NCBI RefSeq assembly: GCF_009914755.1
Contig: NC_060928.1
Direction: 5' to 3' (one strand)
Source: the human T2T-CHM13v2.0 reference genome, Homo sapiens
Length of the DNA: 64,000 nt
Below are positions 56,226 to 64,000 of this stretch, piece after piece; positions within the stretch are counted from its first letter, which is position 1; each line of letters begins with the position of its first letter. The notes beneath the pieces are model-generated. The model did not search any database and was not told the origin of the DNA. It was given only the letters and a program-made list of their open reading frames with translations. A program made the position numbers and the translations under genes.

Positions 56226-58201
56226 GTCTTATATTTATTCTGTTTATTTGATGTCTCCTCCAAATGTAAGCTTCTGTGCTTTGCCTTTGTGTGACACAGT
56301 ATTGGCCAAGACCCTGGAGAATGGAAAACAATTTATCTTTTTGGTTCACTTTGTGTTGCCCATGCTAAGATGTGTTCCAACAAAGCAGGTGTATTGATGG
56401 GAAAGGGGAGTTTCAAACTGGCTAATTGTGACAAATTTAATAAAGGGACAATTTACAAACGTGGGCAGTGTGAAAGGTCAAGAAGCAGGACTACATCAAT
56501 GGCTACGCATTACTATTCTCAAGCCTGAAACTACAAAGAGGGAACAAATCCCAGAACTCAGAAATAGCAGCTGTGATTGCAGAAGCCTTCTTCATAAGAG
56601 TTGTGGCCATCAGTAGAACGTACCCAACCCACAACAATCCTGCAGGGAGAAAGTCAGAAGCCAAAAAGGCTCCCCTTCCTCACTTTCTTTCCTCTCTCAT
56701 ATGAAAGACTGGATGACCAATCCCACCGGAAGCCCAATGTCAAGGGAAATAATTGATTTAGCCCACAGAGGTAGCCTTCTTAGAGCATAGTGCTTTGGTA
56801 GAGACGGATGAAATGTAATTTATATCTAGTACACTAATAGACAGATGCTTAAAATGGTTGTTGCATGAAATACATATAATAAATAAATATATAGAGATAT
56901 AAGTTAAATTATATATATTATGAAATATGAACAATAAGACTTCACTATATAACTGAGTGACTGCAAAAGAGTTCACGGATAAAGCACATTTGACTTAACT
57001 TGACCTCATCAGGTCTTCGAAAAATCTTTTACAAGGAAATATATAGAAGATTGTGTTCCAAACTGGAAAAATGGCAGCAAGGTCACAAACATACATGGAA
57101 GTTTACATTGATCATGCAGTACACCTGCTTGACAGCTTATTAAGCATCTACTTCAATCATTCAGCAGTGATATGATGAATACCAAAAGTAGGGTGGTGAC
57201 AGTAGGAATGGAAAACAAGGGAATTTATGACAAGGAGACAAGGGAATAGTCAATAAGACTGCTGGGGACACAGGTTGAGGCTGGGGTCTGAAATCTCTGA
57301 TTTTCCCATATCTCTTCTCCAGGGTCCTGGCCACTATTGTAGCTCATAAAATCCAATATAAAAAAGGACAACATTTGTTTTGGACTCTCCAGAAAAGAGT
57401 AGAATGGATAATAGTGGAATCTTCTACATGTAATTTCAACTCTCATTTTCTGGAATTGTCCAACGCTGACTTATCCACTCAATGAAAGGGGAGGAAAATA
57501 CACCCTGCCATTAAGAAAGCAGAGGATCAGCTGGGCTTGTCAATAGCAAGACTTTCTGAATTGTGTTATGGTTGGGAGTTCAGGAATAGAAGCAGGTGCT
57601 GTGTCTCAGCTGCAGTATGTCCAAAATGCCAAAAGGGAGCCAGAGAGACCTTTCTTTTTAAGCTTTTGCAGACCACACTAGAAGCAATAGATAACAGCTC
57701 TTTTCACCTAACAGTCATTCATGAAATTCTTTCCTTTATGTGAAACAAGTGAAAGAGTTGAGAGACAGACAAAAGCAATTTATTCTAATGTTTTCTTTCT
57801 TCATTGGTTGGAGTTCAAAGACGGACCATCCAGATATGGGTCACCCACAGGGAAGAGAAGACCCAGAATAATGCAAACTATGCAACCTGTGTTCCTGGAA
57901 TTAACCAATGAGAGAAATGGAAGTGACTAGAAAATATGCATTTTAATTCAATTTAGCAAATGTTTGTTAGTTCCTGATATGGTAAAAGTGCTATTCTAAA
58001 TTTGGGGATACCTAAGTGAATAGAACATGCTCCTCATGTAGCTAAGGGAAGATATAACTGTCAAAAGGCAAGTCAAACTGAGTTAAACCCTATCATGGAA
58101 GGGTAATCAGTCAGAGAAAGGATATAGCAGATATGCATGGAAAAGTCAAAGAATGTAAAATCAGACACCTTAACTTGGAGACCTCATGTGTCATTTAGAA
58201 A

Positions 58202-58883
58202 TGTCTTAGCTATTCAGACTGTTATAAAAAAATGTCATAGAGTAGGTGGTTTATAAAAAGCAGAAGTTTATTTCTCACAGTTCTGGAGGCTGGTAAGTCG
58301 AAGATCAAGGCAACAGCAGATTTGGTGTCTGGTGAGGGCCAGTTTTCCTGGTTCACAGACAGCCATCTTTTCACTATGTCCTCACATGTCAGAAAGGAGT
58401 AGGGGAGCTCTCTGAGGCCTTTATATAAGGGCACTAATCCCCTTTCTGTCAGTTTCCCCTTCATAATCTGATCACTTCTTGCTAACCCCAAAGGTGACAG
58501 AACCTTTGGGGAGGTGATTAGGTCGTAAGGGCATAGACCTCATACATAGGATTAGTGCCCTTATGAAAGAGACTCCAGAGAGCTGCCTTGTTCATGCCAA
58601 TCATGTGAGGATGTGGTGAGAAGATACCATTTATGAGCCAGGGACTAGGGCCTTACTACACTCTGAATTTGCTAGCTCTTTGATCTAGGACTTTCTAACT
58701 TCCAGAATCGCATCGTGAAAAATAAATTTCTGTCATTTGTAAGTTTCTCAGTTTATGACATTTTGTTAAACAGCCAAAAAGGACCAAGGCATCTCCTAAA
58801 GGCCCCACTGCCAAATATCATTCCATTAGGAATTAGGTTTCAACATATGAATTTGAGGGGACATGAACATTCAGTATATAGAA
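58202..58883 (-). mobile_element. MLT1A LTR host (58202-58479 and 58791-58883)
   Basis: Antisense MLT1A broken at gatcacttct and resuming at tctcctaaaggccccac. Confidence 0.85.
58480..58790 (+). mobile_element. MLT1A-family LTR nested in the opposite orientation
   Basis: tgcta...gaggtgattagg...gattagtgcccttat...ggaccaaggca. Confidence 0.8.
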
Positions 58884-59148
58884 GAACAAAAGTGTCTTTA
58901 TCTGTAAATATAATGATCATAGCTATGACTCAAGAAGATTGCAATGACTACATAAGGCAACGTATGGTATTGTTTTGTGTAATTAAAAAACTCTACATAA
59001 ATGCCAAGTACATCACCCAGTAGGTAGCAGGCACTTAATACATATTGTTAAAGGAAGGAAGAGAGACAGAGAAGTAGGGAGGGAGGTAATAGAACAAGGA
59101 AAGGAATAGGAAAAAAGAAGGGATTAGAAGGAGGATGGAGAGAGAAAG

Positions 59149-59663
59149 TGTTGTAAACTGAATGACAGTTCTCAAAACTACCCAGGTCCTAATCTCTGAA
59201 AGCTGTGAAGGTTATCTTGTATAGCAAAAGTAACCTTGCATATATGATTAAAGTGAGGATCTTGAGATGAGGAAATTACCTTGGATTTTCTAGATGATAG
59301 GTCCTAAATGCAATCATAAGGGACTAAGAGGGATATAGAGGGAGATTTGATAGAGACAGAAGAGAAGGTGCTGTGACAACCTCAGCAGAAAAAATGAGAG
59401 ATTAAGGATGCTACACTTCAGTCTTTAAAGATGGATTAAGGGGCCATGAGCCAATATATGCAAGAAATGCAGCTCCAGAAACTAGAAAAGGCAAAGAAAT
59501 AGATTATTTTGTGGAGTCTCTGGAAGGTGCATAGCCCTGTTGACACACTGGTTTTGGCAAAATGAACCTGATTTCAGAATTTTGGCCTCTGAACTTAAGG
59601 GAATAAATTTATATCATTTTAAACCACCAAGTTTTTGGTAATTTGTTACAACAGCAATGGAAA
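59149..59663 (+). mobile_element. MLT1D/E-like LTR
   Basis: gtcctaatctctg...ggatcttgagatgagg...tttaaaccaccaagtttttggtaatttgttacaacagcaatggaaa. Confidence 0.8.
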
Positions 59664-60239
59664 GAGAGAAAAGAAAGAAGAAAGGAAAGAACAAAGGTAC
59701 CCCTTGGCCCTCTTACCCTTCTCTTTTCTTGCAATTAGGAAATCTCCCATGCCCCTCTCCTATCCTGCTGCCAGCTTTTGGAAAACTATACTCAAGTATT
59801 GAGTGACGAGTAAGAAAAATAGTTGGTGCAAAGGTGCTAACCCTCTATGAAGACACAACTCCCTGAAATGGTAATGTGTTATTTCAGGTCATTCATGGCC
59901 ATTAAATACTTGCTGAAGATTCAGTTGTTTTCCTGATCCTCATCTATAGTGAATTCCTCCTCCTTCTCCTCCTCCTTTTCTGCCAGAGGGGAAAGTAACC
60001 ATAGTCTCTCTTCTGTGACAGTCTCATCACTTCCTATTGTTTAGCTGATTTAGGTTGCTTATGTTTGCAAGCTCTCTGCTGGGTTTTAAAAAACTATGCT
60101 TATCTGGTCTGCTTTGGTTGCTAATGTAAGAATAATGGTCACTATTAGAATCAGAAGTCTGATATAATAATATTTTTCTGCATCTGACAATTACAAATTT
60201 ACAAATACTTCTGCTGAGAAAATTACATTTTTTTCCAAA

Positions 60240-60800
60240 ATTAATGCAATATATCCACAGATGTAAGCCACAGATCATAAGCCACTGAAACAAGTTCTGA
60301 GAACCTAAAACAGAGTGATTACAAATTATCTAGACACATTGTAATAAAACTAATGAAAAATAACAAAAAATCAAAAACATAAAAGCACCAGATGAGATAA
60401 AGACATATTCCCTTGAAAGGAACTTAAATAAGACTAACATCTGTCTTCTCACTAGCAATAATGGAAGTCAGAAGTTGATGGAAATATATGCTTAAAATTC
60501 TGAAAGAAAATAACTGCCAAGCCAGAATAGTATATTTTTTTAACAAAAGGTAAAATATTTGCATTTCCAGACAAGCAAAACAGAGAGAATCAACAACAGA
60601 CTCACACCAAAGAAAATATTGGGGAAATTCCTCAGACAAAAGAAAAATGATCTTACATAGATTTTTTAATTTAATGGAAGAAAGAATGGAAAATGATAGA
60701 AAAGGTAAATAGGAAATTAAGTATAAGTGAAAAGTAAATATATAAAAATTAACAGTAATGTCTTATGGAGCTTAAAATATGTATTAAATTCCATTTTAAC
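60240..60800 (+). mobile_element. Ancient L1M/HAL1 ORF1 fragment
   Basis: ctagacacattgtaataaaact, aataagactaacatctg, aatggaagtcagaag, ctgccaagccagaat. Confidence 0.65.
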
Positions 60801-60817
60801 CATAGAACCACAGAACA

Positions 60818-61335
60818 GGTGGCAGGTATGTGAGATGCACTGGAAAAAATACCTAAGATATTTTGTTGTTTCTTTCATGTAGTGGTAGAATTCCTTTTGC
60901 CAGCCCCAAATCTGAGCTGGCCATCTGACTTTCTGTGACAGTAGAATGTAGAGGAAGTAATTTTATATCAGTAGAGTCCAGGCCTCAAAAGACTGAAACA
61001 TTCCCCTTCACTCTTTTGTAACATTCTTTGTGCAATGTGTGGAAGCTCAGACTGGACTACTGAACAGTGAGAAACTACATGGAGAGAGAGTTCTAGCTAA
61101 CATCCAACACCAAGTGACTAGACATTTGAATGAGATCAACTTAGACGTTGTGTCTTAGACTCAACTGAGTCACCAGAGGCTTGCCTTCATATGAATCAGC
61201 ACAGGCAAGGACAGCAGAAGATCCACCCAGCTGAACCCAGCTCAAATTGCAGAATTGTGGACAATAAATCATGGTTATTTTAAGCTATGAAATTTTAGGG
61301 CTGTTTAGTATGCATCAATAGATAACCAAACTAAT
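60818..61335 (+). mobile_element. MLT1(F-H)-like LTR
   Basis: cccagctgaacccagctcaaattgcagaattgtg...tttaagctatgaaattttaggg...atagataacc. Confidence 0.65.
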
Positions 61336-61603
61336 GTATTACATGATCAATTAGATTTTAGCAATAGTTTAACCCATAAAAATTTAGATAATCTTAGCAT
61401 TTACTTAATATTTTGAGGCATTTTCACATCTTTAATAACATTCTTCAAGAGGGTTGAGGATAAATAGAACTTTTTCAACCTTTACTAGGAGCTAATTTCT
61501 AATGTTTACCCTTTAAAAATAAGTTTAAAAGCAACATTACACTATATTCTGCCCATAGAGCAGAGATGTATGCAAAGCCTTGCATATTTTGTGTTTTCTT
61601 GAT

Positions 61604-61790
61604 TGTTTGTTTTTTTGTTTTTGTTTTTGTTTTGAGATGGAGTCTCACTCTGTCGCCCAGGCTGCAGTGCGGTGGCATGATCTTGGCTCACTGCAACCTC
61701 CGCCTCTTGGGTTCAAGCAATTCTCTGTCTCAACCTCCTGAATAGCTGGAATTGCAGGCACCCACCACCACGCCCGGCTAATTTTCTTTT
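61604..61790 (-). mobile_element. AluS right arm only (5'-truncated at the middle linker)
   Basis: (TTTTTG)n tail, gagatggagtctcactctgtcgcccaggc...cccggctaatttt. Confidence 0.88.
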
Positions 61791-62952
61791 GCAGCCAAAT
61801 CAAAATTTAAAACACTACAATACCAAGGTGAAGAAAAGGTAGTTATTTATTCCCTTTTATTGATTTTCCTCATGAATCTCACTTCAATAGTAGTAGGAAA
61901 TAAAACTTTAATTTTAATTAAGTCAGAGCATAATGGAATAATTTAAAGTCACTTTAGGCTCTTCAGTGTCTTTAAAAAAAATGACTCAATTTTTTTTTCA
62001 GACTAACCCCTCTTCTAGCTATTTGCAGCTGCTTCAAGGTGACATTTGCACATAACTTAGTGTTTTTAAAAATCCCATTTTAATTTTTCCAGTTAAAAAC
62101 ACAAAAATGAGAGGCCCCTGGTGCCTTGTTGGTCTCTAGTTGTGCTGCCAAGGTGTGGACATTCTGATCCTCCCTGTAGGTACACTGCTGGCATCTGCTA
62201 GTTTGTGTAATTCCTGGCCATGCTTATTCAGCTGATTAGGTCCTAGTAGTCTCTGCTGCAGGTTCAGCCTTATCTTCATTCTCACTGGTGCCCCAAAAGA
62301 CCAATGTAAACCTAAGACTCAGGTACTCCACCTGCAGTTTTGGCTTTGATTAAAGGTTCACCCCATTTAGTGAGTTTGACCCAGCCAGGCTCTAATCATC
62401 CTCCAAATGAGCCTTAGGGGAACATCAGAGTTTCTTCCATGATTTGAGAACACTGAGTCAGTCTCTCACTCCATCTCACCATGCAGTTTCCTCAGGTTAT
62501 TGCAGGGGGGAGCTGAAGATTCATCTCCCAAAGTTTCTATCTAGATGTAGGACAAACTTCCCCTGCTATTAGTTTTCCCACATCTTCTCTAACTTATCTC
62601 GCCATCTCAGACTTCAGTCCAAAAAGGGAGACTAAGACACAAGTGGCTCAACTCTTCTTTCAATCTTATCTCCTATATCTCTGCCTATTCACCCAGGAGG
62701 ACAAGAGTCAAGTTTTCCTCTTCTTTCTGTATGACCAGAGGAGCTCCCTACACTGTAACTTCTTCTTAGACCTACTCCTCGTCTTTTCCTAAGAACATAA
62801 TGTTAGACAAGGTGTAGGGATAGAGAAACTGGCATGATTAAGGAACCAAATTGCAAGAACACTTGAAAGCATTTTCCTCATATTTGCATTTCAGTAAGTA
62901 GGTATTGGTCAAGCCTGTTTGGGAAGAGTTCCAGGTTTCAGAACCAAATAAC

Positions 62953-63402
62953 TGTTAAATAAAATTCATAGAAAGCCATTGATTGATTTGGACAGAGCTC
63001 TGCACTAGGCCTCAACAAACCAAACCAAAATGGAGTCACTCATGCTAAAATAAAACATCACCAAGACAAAACTAAGTTGTTTATCTGAACTTCTGAGCAA
63101 TCAGGAGGAAGAGAAATAATAACCAAGTTCCAAAACAGGCCAGTTTTAGTTGGCATAATAAGGACATTTTCTCTGCTTTAACCTTTACAAGGAAAATAAC
63201 TTTGAAATAACCAAACTGCTTTCTGTTCTTTTTTCTGCTTTCTTCAGTTTTTTTCTCTCTATAAATACTCACTGCCCATGCCCATGTTACAGAGTAGAAT
63301 TCTCCAACCTCTCCTGATCATGAGGGCTTCCTAATTCACAAACAGTTCTTTTCACAAATAAACTCTGTTAAATTTATTTTGTCAATTTTTTTTTCCACTA
63401 CA
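62953..63402 (+). mobile_element. ERV1 LTR, MER31-like
   Basis: tgttaaataaaattcatag...ctgcactaggcc...aaaatggagtcactcatgcta; TATA-like ctataaa and aataaa; family from recall. Confidence 0.7.
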
Positions 63403-63590
63403 TAGGGTTAAACCTCTCTGATCCTATTGTTATCTGTGTGACTTTGGGCAAATTACTAACCTCTACACATCTCAGTTTCCTCATCTGCAAAATGGAGATA
63501 ATTACAGTACCTATCTTATGGGGTTGTGGTAAGCATTGAATGAATTAGTGTAGGTAAAGTGTTTGGAAATGAGTCTAACACTGTTTAATC
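63403..63590 (+). mobile_element. MIR SINE
   Basis: tgtgtgactttgggcaaattactaacctct...ctcagtttcctcatctgcaaaatggagataat. Confidence 0.85.
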
Positions 63591-64000
63591 TCTCCTTAAT
63601 TGCTATATAATTGGACTACAAGTATGTGTAATGTCAGAGATTTGCCCCCAAATTAAAACAAAAGAGTAATTTGATAGTTTGAAGTGATAAATAATATTTC
63701 AGGCACTGTTTCTGCCATTGAGTTCTACAAGTTGTTATTGGAGCTTGAGAGAGGCTGAGTTATTTGTTTTTTAGGGTGGTTCCCCGCCCCGCCCCCAGGT
63801 TTTGACCTTCCAGTTCACTGGGGCTTGAAATGAATCTGCAGTAAGCTTTATTATTTGCTCTGACTCAGTGTGGGATAATTGTTATTTAAATAGGACTGTA
63901 GGTGTGTGCTGGAAGATGTTAGGTGAAGCACCTAGGAAGCAAAAGAGAATAAATAACCCTGCCCTTGAATTGTTTACTGTTCTATTATGGGAGACACAGA

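Overview
AT-rich, CpG-poor primate (probably human) genomic DNA, intergenic or intronic. I see no recognisable protein-coding gene, RNA gene, CpG island or CRISPR array. Most of the window is transposon debris: L1, L2, MIR, Alu, MaLR/ERV1 solo LTRs and hAT/Tigger DNA transposons. The centrepiece is an ~11.5-kb nested stack of same-strand L1s (L1MB > L1MC > L1MA > two MST LTRs plus a full-length L1PA4-6-type element at 30497-36650). The 13-bp target-site duplication (TSD) of that young L1 also encloses ~335 bp of non-L1 DNA and a second A-tract, i.e. a 3' transduction. Its endonuclease domain is still an open 260-codon frame, while its RT catalytic motif is deleted. Other notable structures: a 139-bp templated copy of nearby flank patched into an older L1, a near-perfect inverted repeat with 51-bp arms, a ~590-bp fold-back of one MLT1A LTR inserted backwards into another, a tail-to-tail L2 hairpin, several local tandem duplications and a candidate minus-strand exon. 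I found no convincing new biological system. The findings are locus-specific examples of retrotransposition and DNA-repair processes. Repeat family names come from my recall of consensus sequences, not from a search, and boundaries of old repeats are approximate.
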